Shown here: positions 45,953 through 55,532 of the stretch, piece after piece | How positions within the stretch are numbered: the stretch's first letter is position 1 | Layout of the letters: each line of letters begins with the position of its first letter | Assembly (NCBI GenBank): GCA_046759185.1 | Contig: JBHIBO010000007.1 | Coordinates: 3,898 to 67,897, forward strand | DNA from: Thermoplasmata archaeon | GTDB lineage: Archaea; Thermoplasmatota; Thermoplasmata; RBG-16-68-12; JAJISG01 | Length of the DNA stretch: 64,000 bases | Direction of reading: 5' to 3' | Notes under the pieces: generated by a model | Seen by the model: only the letters and a program-made list of their open reading frames with translations | Databases searched by the model: none | What the model was told of the DNA's origin: nothing | Translations under genes and position numbers: made by a program

Positions 45953-46789
45953 CTACCGCTTTACCGTCCAGCCAATCATGCCCTTCACGTAGAACTTCTG
46001 CAGGAACGCGTAGACGAGGATTGGGACGATCATCACGAGAAGCGCAGCGGCGGTAAGAAGGCCCCAATCGGCTTGGAACTGCCCGAGGGCCAGCCTCGGG
46101 ACGAGCTGTGTCGCCATCATCAGACTTGGTTCCTGAATGAAAATCGTGGCAAAGAAGAAGTCGCTCCACACCCACATGAACTGGAGAACGAAGACCGAGG
46201 CGAGAGCGGGAAACGCCATGGGAAGGACCACCCGAAAGAACACCTTGGTATCCGATGCACCGTCCACCCGCGCCGCCTCCTCGATTTCCACGGGGAGCGT
46301 GCCGAAGAAGTTCCGCATGAACAGGATGATCCATGGCAACCCCCAGGTCATGTGAATCAGGATGAGAGCCCCGAAGGTGTTCACCAGATTCAAATCGACC
46401 ATGATCTGGAAGAGAGGAATCGCGACCATCATCTGGGGGACGGCCATAAGAAGGACAATCGTGAGGAAGACGTAGTCCCGGATGGGCCAACTGAACCGAG
46501 CGAACCCGTAACCCGCCAGGGCGCCGATGACCAACGGCAACAGGGTCGCGGGGAGAACCACGAGGAAGGAGTTTCGAAGCCCCACACTCATGGGGAAGAT
46601 GTCGTGGAAGAACGCGGTGACGAAGTTGGTCAGGGTAATATTGAGGGGACTCAGAATCCACCATCCGTCGAGAACCTCGTTGGAGGGTCTGAACGAGCTC
46701 ACCAGGACTCCCAGGAAGGGAATGAGCCACACCACGGCGGCTGTCCACGCCACAATGTGGATCACCAGGGTCCGCAGCGGGAACCTCAC
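45953..46789 (-). CDS. Carbohydrate ABC transporter permease (MalG-like)
   Basis: Six TM helices and the EAA loop ..EEAARVDGASDTKVFFRVVLP... It has a 4-nt overlap with the upstream permease. Confidence 0.85.
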   Translation of the reverse strand: MRFPLRTLVIHIVAWTAAVVWLIPFLGVLVSSFRPSNEVLDGWWILSPLNITLTNFVTAFFHDIFPMSVGLRNSFLVVLPATLLPLVIGALAGYGFARFSWPIRDYVFLTIVLLMAVPQMMVAIPLFQIMVDLNLVNTFGALILIHMTWGLPWIILFMRNFFGTLPVEIEEAARVDGASDTKVFFRVVLPMAFPALASVFVLQFMWVWSDFFFATIFIQEPSLMMATQLVPRLALGQFQADWGLLTAAALLVMIVPILVYAFLQKFYVKGMIGWTVKR

Positions 46790-47757
46790 CGACTCACCAG
46801 CCTTCGCACGAGAAAGACGAGGGCCACCAAGGTGAGCCCCGTCAAGATGGTCGCCACCACCGACGCAAGGTGGAGGTCGAAGTCGAGGAAGAAATAGCGA
46901 AACATCTGAAGCGCCAAGACATCCGCAGCCTGTCCTACCCCGCCGCTCGGGTTGGTAGCGGCAATGATGATGTCGAAGATCTTTAGCTCCCAGAGAATCG
47001 TCATCGTGACGATGACCAGCGTCATGGGCTTGAGCAGGGGGAAGGTGATTCGAGAAAAGGTCCGCCAGGAGGAGGCTCCGTCAATCTTCGCGGCCTCAAA
47101 GTATTCCCGAGGGATCGTGGTGAGCCCCGCGGAGTAGATGATCAGGCTGAATCCCATCCACATCCAGACGGAGCCGAAAATCAGGCCATAGAGCAGCGTC
47201 GTGGGCCGAGCGATCCAATTCGTCGCCAGTTCCTCGACGCCGATGGATTCGAAAAAGGACGGGACGAGGCCGACATCTTGTTCAAAGAGAAAGCGGAGGA
47301 TGAAGCCACCGACAATCATCGGCGTCACCATCCCAATGAACACAATGGATTTGACGAAGGAAGCTCCTCTCACCCCGCGCAGGATGATGGCCAATGCCAG
47401 CCCCGTGAACAGCGTCAGAGGAAGGTGGATGGCGATCCAGATCGCGTTGTTGATTAGAGTACCGTACGGCGGCTCGGGGAAGTTCGCCAGGTTCAGAGTG
47501 TCCTGATGCGTGAGGACCGTGGCGTAGTTGTCCAGGGTCGGGTCGCCTACCCCTCCCTCTGGGAAGAAGCTGAGAATCAGGGTCGTGTAGATCGGGAACG
47601 CGATGAAGATGCCGATGAGGACCAGGGCCGGGAGGAAGAAGGACATCCGACCCACGCCCTTCTTGAATCGTGGCCAGGTGAAGATACGCCGAAGGTGCTC
47701 ACGGCTGAGGCCTTCCCGAATCCGTTCCCAGCTAGAGATGGACGCCAATCTGCTCAC
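46786..47757 (-). CDS. Carbohydrate ABC transporter permease (MalF-like)
   Basis: The EAA loop ..FEAAKIDGASSWRTFSRITFP.., and a multi-TM topology. Confidence 0.85.
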   Translation of the reverse strand: MSRLASISSWERIREGLSREHLRRIFTWPRFKKGVGRMSFFLPALVLIGIFIAFPIYTTLILSFFPEGGVGDPTLDNYATVLTHQDTLNLANFPEPPYGTLINNAIWIAIHLPLTLFTGLALAIILRGVRGASFVKSIVFIGMVTPMIVGGFILRFLFEQDVGLVPSFFESIGVEELATNWIARPTTLLYGLIFGSVWMWMGFSLIIYSAGLTTIPREYFEAAKIDGASSWRTFSRITFPLLKPMTLVIVTMTILWELKIFDIIIAATNPSGGVGQAADVLALQMFRYFFLDFDLHLASVVATILTGLTLVALVFLVRRLVSR

Positions 47758-47825
47758 CGCTGGCCAACGCTGGCAACAAAGGGAAAAGGGGAGGGTAAGT
47801 CCCGTGTGCGGGACTCACCACTCCA

Positions 47826-49085
47826 CTACCGGGCGCCTTCGATGGCCGCCAGGACGGCGTCCAATTGCGACGGGTCGGCCCAGAGCAGCAGGAGCTGGGC
47901 CCAGAACGCCGTCTGGAAGGATCCGCCAATGGTGTCGTCCAGATCCGCGAGGATCTCCTTGCCGGCGATCAGGTCGCCACTGAAGGTCGGTGGCGCCTTG
48001 CTCGGGTCGGCGTTGACATTCGTCGCAAAGTGTCCGCCCTGCTCTATCTGTTTCTCCTGCCCCTCTACGCTCATGAGGTAGTCGAACAACGCCTGCGCAT
48101 CGGCCATCCTGGTCGTGTACGTCGGGACGAACACGTAGTCCACGGAGAACACGACGCCTTGGTCCGCAACGCCGCCGGGCAGGGCCATGGCGCGCATGTT
48201 GGCGGTGGTGCCCGTGTCCGTAATCTGGGACATGGTGGGCAGCCAGCTGCCCTGGAAGTAGAGCGCGTTGTCCCCGTCCTGGAGGTTCTTCACGCCCGCC
48301 GTCCACTCCACGGGGGAATCGAAGTATCCCGCCGTGATGAGCGGGACCAGGTAATCCGTGAAGACCGCCTTGACGTCTGCGTCCGTGAACGCAGCCGCAC
48401 CCGAGACCAGGTCCTTGTGCATCTGAGCACCGCCATACGTCGCGATGAAGTGCTCCGTCAGGTCCGAAAGGGGCCAGCCATCGGTGGTGCTCACGATGGG
48501 GGTCATGTCCGTGGCGATGTCCGCCAGCAGCGCCTGGAATTCGGCGAAGTTAGCCGGGGTCGTGTCCCAGCCCTTGCTGGTGAACAGGTCGTTCTTGTAC
48601 CAGAAGCCGGGCTTGACCTTGCCTGTGAAAGCACCGCCATAGATGGCGGACCCGCTGCTGATCGGATCCAGGGCCCCGGCGAGGAAATCTGCCTCGTTCA
48701 ATGTCCCGGACATATCCACGGCGTGCCCGTCAATGCCCCAGTCACGTATGAACCCGCTCGCCATGAAGATGACATCCGCGGGTGTTCGTTCGGCTTCGAA
48801 TTGGGCCGGTAGGATGAGCTGAAGGTCCTCTTGCCTGAACGTTACATCTGTGACCTTAATCCCCGTTCGGTCGGTGAAGTCCTCCAATACGGGCAGGAAC
48901 AGGTCCCGCTCGGAGCCCGACCAAGGGTGATAGACGACCAAGACTGACTCCGGCGCCGCTGCCGGGAACGCGAAGAACATGACCGACGCCGTGACCGCGT
49001 TGGTCACGACGAGGAGGATGACTAGCACGGCGACTTGAGTTCCAGTCCAGCCGGCTCTCTCCGGCATTGGTCCCGCATCTTCCAT
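47826..49085 (-). CDS. Extracellular solute-binding protein, family 1 (sugar ABC)
   Basis: An N-terminal TM anchor, then family-1 SBP features (..VVYHPWSG....F..V...F....GIKV..). First gene of the permease operon. Confidence 0.8.
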   Translation of the reverse strand: MEDAGPMPERAGWTGTQVAVLVILLVVTNAVTASVMFFAFPAAAPESVLVVYHPWSGSERDLFLPVLEDFTDRTGIKVTDVTFRQEDLQLILPAQFEAERTPADVIFMASGFIRDWGIDGHAVDMSGTLNEADFLAGALDPISSGSAIYGGAFTGKVKPGFWYKNDLFTSKGWDTTPANFAEFQALLADIATDMTPIVSTTDGWPLSDLTEHFIATYGGAQMHKDLVSGAAAFTDADVKAVFTDYLVPLITAGYFDSPVEWTAGVKNLQDGDNALYFQGSWLPTMSQITDTGTTANMRAMALPGGVADQGVVFSVDYVFVPTYTTRMADAQALFDYLMSVEGQEKQIEQGGHFATNVNADPSKAPPTFSGDLIAGKEILADLDDTIGGSFQTAFWAQLLLLWADPSQLDAVLAAIEGAR

Positions 49086-49184
49086 TTCTTATACACCTCT
49101 CCCGCAATCGTTTCCTCAGCGAGGCATGGGGCAACTCTCAGGAAGCCTGAGACCCCTTCCCCGCTGGCCTAAGGAAGATAGGCG

Positions 49185-49193
49185 TTTATAAAA
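49185..49193. promoter_or_regulatory. Palindromic TATA box TTTATAAAA flanked by GCGTTT direct repeats
   Basis: GGCGTTTATAAAAGCGTTTC lies in the divergent intergenic region, about 100 nt from ATG 49085 (minus strand). Confidence 0.35.
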
Positions 49194-49307
49194 GCGTTTC
49201 CCCGGGGCTAGCCAAGTCCCACATCCGCGCGTACTCCGAAGGCAAGCCACCCGAATTCGATCGAACTGCGAAGGCGCGTTCTCATTCCCGATACAGAGAA
49301 CGACAAT

Positions 49308-49315
49308 CCTATAAG
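49308..49315 (+). promoter_or_regulatory. TATA-like box (CCTATAAG) placing the GTPase ATG 49333 at or near the transcript 5' end
   Basis: The distance from TATA to ATG is about 20-25 nt, consistent with a leaderless mRNA. Confidence 0.35.
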
Positions 49316-49332
49316 CCGTGGCCGGAACGGGG

Positions 49333-50010
49333 ATGGGCTTGCGATTCGTCCCGACGACTCCCGAAGCCCCGCGTGCCCCCCGGGTGGGCATCAAGCTCTG
49401 CCTCGTGGGAGATCCCGCCGTCGGGAAGACGTGTCTCGCGATCCGTTATCTCTTCCGACGCCATGAGAAGCGATACCTCCGGACCTACCGGGCGCGCATC
49501 TTCCGGAAACGATTGCGGGCCGACTTCGGCGACGGCGGACCGGGCATGACCGTCGACCTGGAGCTCTGGGACGCCCCCGGACATCCTACGCTCTTTTCCG
49601 TGGTCCACGACGTGTACTTCCATCGGGCGGATGGAATCTTGGTAGCCTGCGACGCTACAAGGCCCCAGACAATGCAGAATCTCCCGTTCTGGGTCAGAGC
49701 CATCCGCAAGGCGATTGCGAAGCCCGACACACGGATTCTCGTGAACAAAACCGATCGGTTACGAGGGAAGAAGCCCCTGCAGGACATGCCTCGGATGGCC
49801 CGCCACTTCAACGCGCCGTGGGCCATGGTAAGCGCGGCCTCGGGCCAGAACGTGGAAGGAGCCTTCACGGGGCTCGTCGGAGAGATTCTGCTTCGTCGAT
49901 GGCCGGCCGCCTTTCGTGAGGAACCGTGGCCGCACACTCCCTTCGATGCGCGCGGTGGGACACCGGGTGCCTATTCCCGCCCGAGCCAGGCCCCTCTCAT
50001 TCCCCGGTGA
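49333..50010 (+). CDS. Ras-superfamily small GTPase (Rab/Ras-like fold) with DxPGH G3 motif
   Basis: G1 LVGDPAVGKT, G3 LWDAPGH, G4 NKTD, G5 SAASG. About 225 aa with a Pro-rich C-terminal extension. An alternative GTG start lies at 49318. Confidence 0.8.
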   Translation: MGLRFVPTTPEAPRAPRVGIKLCLVGDPAVGKTCLAIRYLFRRHEKRYLRTYRARIFRKRLRADFGDGGPGMTVDLELWDAPGHPTLFSVVHDVYFHRADGILVACDATRPQTMQNLPFWVRAIRKAIAKPDTRILVNKTDRLRGKKPLQDMPRMARHFNAPWAMVSAASGQNVEGAFTGLVGEILLRRWPAAFREEPWPHTPFDARGGTPGAYSRPSQAPLIPR

Positions 50011-50926
50011 GATACACTGGGGGGTTCACGGGTGCGAGCAACCCCTTCTCCGGCTCCTGCACCTCCCTTCCCCGGAGGAGGAGAGCGGCGAGCCGTTGAA
50101 GTCCCGCATGGAAGGCCTCCGTGTTGAGGTCATATTGGATCGCCATATGAGCATAGGGTCCCACCTCCCCGCGGCGACGAAGGAATTCTGTGAAGTTCTT
50201 GTGGCTCGCGGGATACGGCCGCATGACGTAGGTCAGTTCGCTGGTCAACATGCCCGACATGAGGAAGCCGTTCCAGCGATACTTTTCCTCGTCGTTGAAG
50301 TACGAATCCACGCGGGCGCCGAACTCCACCGTCTGGCTCGCGTTGAGAAAGGAGCGCAAGGAAACCAGGTTGGCGAGCACCTCCTCCCAATTGTACCCGT
50401 CGGGACCCGTCATATCCGTGAGGGAATCCCCATAGGGCCCTTCCTGGTAAGGCGCGTAGTATGCGTCACCGTCCTCCACCTCGTACCGAGCGGCGAAGGC
50501 GTCCAGGCTCGCATGAAGCGAGAGATGGTTCAAGGCGATGTCATAGGCCATGCTGAAGGCGACCTCTCGCGCCTTCTCCTCGGGGACTCGCTCTTTCAAG
50601 TCAGGGAAACCCAAGTCCAAGACCCGGACGACCTCTCGTGCGAGGCCCACGAGGGGGGGTCCCTGCATGTAGATTCCCCAGTTCTCCGGATCGAGGCGGA
50701 AGGATAGGTAGTACCCGAAGGCCTCCGCGCCGGACGCCTGCATCAGCTTGCGAACCGGCGGGGGATCCCCCCATGGATCGTCCCTTGTCACGCCCTTGTA
50801 CGCTTCTTCCCAATCCCCCACTTCCGCCTTCTCGGTGGTGCGCTGCGTTCCCAGGCCGGGAATTCGGAGCCGGTCTTCCGGACAGAGCTCAGGGTGTTCC
50901 TCTCGGAACGAACGGAAGTCAATCAT
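49997..50926 (-). CDS. Hypothetical protein, unknown family
   Basis: 309-aa ORF with balanced, Tyr/Trp/Asp-rich composition (..AFGYYLSFRLDPENWGIYMQGPPLVGLA..). Its 3' end overlaps the GTPase 3' end by 14 nt. Confidence 0.65.
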   Translation of the reverse strand: MIDFRSFREEHPELCPEDRLRIPGLGTQRTTEKAEVGDWEEAYKGVTRDDPWGDPPPVRKLMQASGAEAFGYYLSFRLDPENWGIYMQGPPLVGLAREVVRVLDLGFPDLKERVPEEKAREVAFSMAYDIALNHLSLHASLDAFAARYEVEDGDAYYAPYQEGPYGDSLTDMTGPDGYNWEEVLANLVSLRSFLNASQTVEFGARVDSYFNDEEKYRWNGFLMSGMLTSELTYVMRPYPASHKNFTEFLRRRGEVGPYAHMAIQYDLNTEAFHAGLQRLAALLLRGREVQEPEKGLLAPVNPPVYLTGE

Positions 50927-50986
50927 GCCGCCGCTTCCAGAGCCGAGGGTTGCCTTAAGTCTTCTCAGCCCCGGGAAGGACCCGAG

Positions 50987-52303
50987 CTAGCCTCGGCCCA
51001 CCTCGGCAATCCGGCTTCCGGCGGGCGTTCGAGAAACGAGGTCACTGACCCGAGGAGTCTCCACCACGTTGGGGTCGAAGAGGTGGCAGTTCACCATGCG
51101 ATTGGCGAAAACCAGATCCCAAGGCTCCAAGGAGTCACGGAAGACCGCGACGGCCTCGCCATCCTCGGCCGAGACTCCGAGCATCGCCTCAGCCAGGGGG
51201 CCCTCCTCCCCGACGAAGGTTTCCAGCAAAGCGGCTGCGCGGTCCCCCCCATCGCCCTTTGTGCGAATCCGAAGAGCCTGGCCGTCGAGCTGAACGTCAT
51301 CAATGCTTCGGATGACCTTGGCCACCTGCGGGTCGAGCAGGCGGGCCTCCAGGCGATCGCGCAGGTCCCTCGGCTCCCAGCCGCATGAGACGAAGGCCTC
51401 CGGACACCTGGGGTGAAAGCGGCACCCAGTCGGAGGGCTCACGGCATCGGGCACCTCGCCCTTAGGCGTCACCCTCCGCTCCTTCCTCCTCGGGTCGGGG
51501 ACCGGAATGGCACTCAGGAGGGCCTTCGTGTAAGGGTGCCAGGGGGCGGCGTAGATCTCATTGGCATTCCCCAGCTCTACGACCTGCCCGAGGTACATGA
51601 TGGCGACACGATCGCACACGAACTTCGCAGTGGCCAGATCATGGGTGATGAAGAGGTAGGTCAAGCCATACTTGTCCTTCAGGTCCAACAACAACTCCAG
51701 GATCTTCGCCCGGACCGACATGTCCAGCATGGCCACCGCTTCGTCCGCTACCACGAATGTCGGCCGCAGGATGATGGCCCGGGCGATAACCGCCCGCTGT
51801 TTCTGCCCTCCGCTGAGATCCGCCGGGTACCGCCTGTACATCTCCTCGGCCGGCTCAAGGCCGACCTCATGGAGGGCTTGCAGGACGCGCTCCTTCCGCT
51901 CGTCCTCGTCATCCACCAACCCGTGGATCGTCAGGGGATGCATGATGGCCTGGCCGATGGTCATCGCAGGGTTGAGGGAGGCGTGGGGGTCCTGGAAGAC
52001 GATCTGCATCCGGCGCCGATATGGGCGGAGCTCGGCCTCCGAGAGGTGGGATATGTCCTCCCCCTCGAAGAGGATCCGCCCCTCCGTGGGCTCGGCCAGC
52101 CGGAGGATGGTTCGCCCAAGGGTCGTCTTCCCACACCCACTCTCCCCCACCAAGCCGAAAATCTCGCCGCGATCGAGGGAGAGGGAGACGCCATCCACCG
52201 CCTTCACCGTGCCTCCCCTGCGGCCGAAAAGGCGGCTGAGGAAGGAGCCCTGGACGGGGAAGTGTTTGCGAAGCTCCTCCACCCGCAGGATGGCCTCAGT
52301 CAT
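50987..52303 (-). CDS. Peptide ABC transporter ATP-binding protein (OppF/DppF-like) with inserted C-terminal domain
   Basis: Walker A GESGCGKTT, ..IVFQDPHASLNP.., LSGGQKQR, VVADEAVAMLD. About 100 extra residues sit between ..CRFHPRCPEAFVSC.. and ..VNCHLFD. ATG 52303 overlaps the OppD stop (ATGACTGA). Confidence 0.85.
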   Translation of the reverse strand: MTEAILRVEELRKHFPVQGSFLSRLFGRRGGTVKAVDGVSLSLDRGEIFGLVGESGCGKTTLGRTILRLAEPTEGRILFEGEDISHLSEAELRPYRRRMQIVFQDPHASLNPAMTIGQAIMHPLTIHGLVDDEDERKERVLQALHEVGLEPAEEMYRRYPADLSGGQKQRAVIARAIILRPTFVVADEAVAMLDMSVRAKILELLLDLKDKYGLTYLFITHDLATAKFVCDRVAIMYLGQVVELGNANEIYAAPWHPYTKALLSAIPVPDPRRKERRVTPKGEVPDAVSPPTGCRFHPRCPEAFVSCGWEPRDLRDRLEARLLDPQVAKVIRSIDDVQLDGQALRIRTKGDGGDRAAALLETFVGEEGPLAEAMLGVSAEDGEAVAVFRDSLEPWDLVFANRMVNCHLFDPNVVETPRVSDLVSRTPAGSRIAEVGRG

Positions 52304-53450
52304 CCTGGCCCCCGTAGAGGAAACAAGCAACGCGACCTTCGTCCGCTGCCACGTGAGGGGGTTCCTTCGCGCGACACACGTCCATGACGTGGGGACAGCG
52401 AGGGTGAAAGCGGCATCCGCCCGGCGGACTCAGCAGGTCGGGTGGCGATCCTTCGATGGACCGAAGTTCCTTGGTCCCAAGGTGGATGATGGAGGAGAGG
52501 AGTCCCTGGGTGTAGGGGTGTTGGGGCTCGGCGAAGATCCGATCGGTCTCATTCTCCTCGACGACCTTCCCGGCGTACATGACCCCCACGCGGTCGCAGG
52601 TCTCCGCCACGATGCCCAGATTGTGGGTGATGAGAAACAAGGACATGTTCAGCGATCGCTTGAGCTCCTCGATCAACTCGAGAATCTGGCCCTCCACGAG
52701 GACGTCAAGGGAGGTCGTCGGCTCGTCCGCCACGAGGAGCTCGGGGGTCATGACCAGACCCATGGCGATCATGATCCGTTGGCGCATGCCGCCCGAGAAC
52801 TCGTGCGGGTAGTTCCGAAAGCGGGTTGGAGGAATCCCGACGGAGGCGAGGGCTTCCACGGCCCTTCGTTCGGCCTCCTCCCGCCGGAGAGAATGATGCG
52901 CCGCCAGCAGCTCCAGGAAGTGATCCCGGACGGTCATCAAGGGATCGAGCCGAGACATCGGGTCTTGGAAGATGAGGACGACCTTCTCCCCCCGCATCCG
53001 CCGCATCGCTTCCTGGCCGAAGGAGGTCAAGTCATGCCGCAGCTTGACCTCCAGCAGGTCCTTCAACTCCGCTGCCAACCCGTCCTCGGCCCGCCCGCGA
53101 GACCGGAGCTCCCGTAGCGTCCACTGAATCGTCCGGGCGTCGAAGACATCCAGGCGGTGCCCATCGAACAAGGGCTCGAGCTCGCCCCGCAACTTGCCCT
53201 CGACCCGCTCCATCTCCGCCCGCGTGGATCCGGGCATCTTGTAGAGGATCTCCCCCCGGACCGTCGTCATGGGGGGAAGGATGCCCAGGAGCGCCTTCCC
53301 CAGGGTGGACTTCCCACAGCCGCTCTCTCCGACGAGGCCTAAGGCCTTGCCCTCTTGGATCTCGAGGTTTACGCGATCGACGGCCCGAATGGGGCCCCGT
53401 TTCGTATGGTAGAATACCTCGAGGTCGCGGACCTCGATGAGGGGTCCCAC
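52296..53450 (-). CDS. Peptide ABC transporter ATP-binding protein (OppD/DppD-like) with insertion after Walker A
   Basis: GESGCGKST, ..LIFQDPMSRLDP.., FSGGMRQR, LVADEPTTSLD, ..CRFHPRCPHV... GTG 53450 overlaps the OppC stop (TAGTG). Confidence 0.85.
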   Translation of the reverse strand: MGPLIEVRDLEVFYHTKRGPIRAVDRVNLEIQEGKALGLVGESGCGKSTLGKALLGILPPMTTVRGEILYKMPGSTRAEMERVEGKLRGELEPLFDGHRLDVFDARTIQWTLRELRSRGRAEDGLAAELKDLLEVKLRHDLTSFGQEAMRRMRGEKVVLIFQDPMSRLDPLMTVRDHFLELLAAHHSLRREEAERRAVEALASVGIPPTRFRNYPHEFSGGMRQRIMIAMGLVMTPELLVADEPTTSLDVLVEGQILELIEELKRSLNMSLFLITHNLGIVAETCDRVGVMYAGKVVEENETDRIFAEPQHPYTQGLLSSIIHLGTKELRSIEGSPPDLLSPPGGCRFHPRCPHVMDVCRAKEPPHVAADEGRVACFLYGGQDD

Positions 53451-54382
53451 TAGCTCCGCTCCTTCTTGAGGAGGGGATTGATGAGGTCGTTGAGCCCCTC
53501 CCCCATCATGGCCAGCCCGGCAGCAAGGAGAATGATCATTAGACCCGGGAAAAAGGAACTCCACCACACACCCACGGTAAGGAAGGGCTGATTCCGACCC
53601 AGGTCGAGCCCCCAGTCTGGCGTCGGTTCCTCGAGGCCGAAACCTAGGAAGCTGAGACCGGCGGCCGTCAAGATGGCATCCGCGGCGTTGATGGAGAGGA
53701 TGACGGGGACGGTGATGATGACGTTGGCAAGGATGTAGGCCCGCAGCACCGTCCTCGGGTCCGCTCCGATGGCGCGTGCCGCCTCGACGTAGTTCTCTTG
53801 CTTGACGGCGATGACGTGGTTGCGGATGACGCGAAAGTAAAGCGGGATGAACACGACCGTGATAGCCAGCGAGATGTTCAGGATGCCCTTCCCCAGGAAG
53901 ATGGCGAGGGCGATGGCTAGGATGATGGCGGGGAAGGAGTAGATGGAATCCATCACGACCACGAGCCCACGGTCTAGCTTGCCCCCGATGTATCCCGAGA
54001 GCAGGCCTAGGGGGAGGCCCACGGCCAGGGCGAAGGCGACCGCCGTGATCATGATGGTGAGGGACGTTCGGGCCCCCCAGAGGACACGGCTTAGCAGGTC
54101 CCGGCCGAGCCGATCCGTCCCCATCCAGTGTTCCGCGCTGGGAGGCTCGTTTCGTTCGCCCACGAAGATCTCCGTGGGGTCGTAGGGGGCAATGAAGGGA
54201 GCAAACAGAGCGACAACGACGAAGCTTACGAGAAGGGCGACCCCAATCCAGGTCATAATCCCGGTCAACGTCAGAGACTCTTCGAAGAGGGGCAGGAAGA
54301 TGCGTCCGAAGAAGGAATGCTGCATCTTCGCAGGCAAACCCTCACGAAGGGAGGGGGTCTCCGCCACGTCTTCTGCCGCCAT
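53450..54382 (-). CDS. Peptide ABC transporter permease (OppC/DppC-like)
   Basis: ..HWMGTDRLGRDLLSRVLWGARTSL.. and the EAA-type loop ..YVEAARAIGADPRTVLRAYILAN... ATG 54382 lies 8 nt after the OppB stop; the upstream ORF extension is Arg/Gly/Pro-rich. Confidence 0.85.
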   Translation of the reverse strand: MAAEDVAETPSLREGLPAKMQHSFFGRIFLPLFEESLTLTGIMTWIGVALLVSFVVVALFAPFIAPYDPTEIFVGERNEPPSAEHWMGTDRLGRDLLSRVLWGARTSLTIMITAVAFALAVGLPLGLLSGYIGGKLDRGLVVVMDSIYSFPAIILAIALAIFLGKGILNISLAITVVFIPLYFRVIRNHVIAVKQENYVEAARAIGADPRTVLRAYILANVIITVPVILSINAADAILTAAGLSFLGFGLEEPTPDWGLDLGRNQPFLTVGVWWSSFFPGLMIILLAAGLAMMGEGLNDLINPLLKKERS

Positions 54383-54390
54383 GGCGCCAC

Positions 54391-55449
54391 CTAGTACTTG
54401 ATGCGCGGGTCCACCGCGGCGTTGACGAGGTCGACAAGTAGGCTGGCGATCACGATGAGAAGGGCGAAAACGATGATGGCCCCCTGGACCACGGGGAAGT
54501 CCCGCTCCGTGACGGCCACCAGGAGACGCGTCCCCATCCCTGGCCAGTTGAAGACGCGTTCGGTCAGGACGGCCCCGCCGAAGAGGAGGGCGATCTGAAG
54601 GCCCATGACCGTCACCACCGGGACCATGGCGTTCTTGAACGCGTGCCGGAAGACGACCCGTCGCTCCGTGACCCCCCGGGATCGGGCGGCTTCCACGTAG
54701 TCGGCCCGCATGGTCTGGAGCATGTTCACCCGCACGATGCGTGTGAAAAGGGCCCCAATCACCAGGCCGAGGGCAATGGATGGGAGGATGAGATGCGACA
54801 CCGCGTCCCAAAACTTGGCCAGATTGCCCTCGATCAGACTGTCAATCGTATAGAGCCCCGTGACATGGACCGGAAATTCGCCGGTCATACGGCCGTTGGG
54901 GGGAAGCCATCCTAACCATACTGCGAAGACCAGTTGGAGCATCAGGCCCAACCAGAAGATCGGGATGACCGCGACGATGATTCCGTACATACGGAGACTC
55001 ACGTCGGTAGGGGTATCTCGGCGGGACCCCGCGACTGCCCCCGTGACGACTCCTACGAGGACCGCGACGGCCATCGCGTACATCGTCAGTTCGATCGTGG
55101 CGGGCAGGACTGCAACGATGCGAGACCAAACGGTCTGGCCTGTGAACTTGAGGGACTCGCCTAAGTCGGGAGTGGGGGGCTGCAGCTGGAGGAGGTTGGC
55201 AAAAGGGACGATGACGATCCCGTACATGTAGTCGAAGTACTGGATGATGAGGGGGCGATCCAGCCCGAGCTGGGCCCGGGCCCGTTCCACGACCTCCTCC
55301 GGTGCCCGGCCACCATAGAGGGCCGAGACGGGGTCACCGGGCAGGGCGCGGAGAATGATGAAGACAACGGTGAGGAGAATAAGCAGCATAGGAATGGCCA
55401 GAAGAAGTCTCGTCACTATGTAGGCCGAGAGCGACGAGGTCCTGCCCAT
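54391..55449 (-). CDS. Peptide ABC transporter permease (OppB/DppB-like)
   Basis: ..YIVTRLLLAIPMLLILLTVVFIILRALPGDP.. and ..DYVEAARSRGVTERRVVFRHAFKNA... Confidence 0.9.
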   Translation of the reverse strand: MGRTSSLSAYIVTRLLLAIPMLLILLTVVFIILRALPGDPVSALYGGRAPEEVVERARAQLGLDRPLIIQYFDYMYGIVIVPFANLLQLQPPTPDLGESLKFTGQTVWSRIVAVLPATIELTMYAMAVAVLVGVVTGAVAGSRRDTPTDVSLRMYGIIVAVIPIFWLGLMLQLVFAVWLGWLPPNGRMTGEFPVHVTGLYTIDSLIEGNLAKFWDAVSHLILPSIALGLVIGALFTRIVRVNMLQTMRADYVEAARSRGVTERRVVFRHAFKNAMVPVVTVMGLQIALLFGGAVLTERVFNWPGMGTRLLVAVTERDFPVVQGAIIVFALLIVIASLLVDLVNAAVDPRIKY

Positions 55450-55532
55450 CTCCTAGACTCCGCTGGGCGGGAACTATCTGGACGGGAGTTAAAAAGCGTT
55501 GCGAGAAAAAGGAAAAGGGGGAAAGGGGGAAG

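Noticed and set aside
51413-53117. 324-aa and 481-aa plus-strand ORFs across the Opp ATPase genes
   Set aside because: They are antisense to genes with complete Walker A, signature and Walker B motifs. The translations are Arg/Pro-rich.
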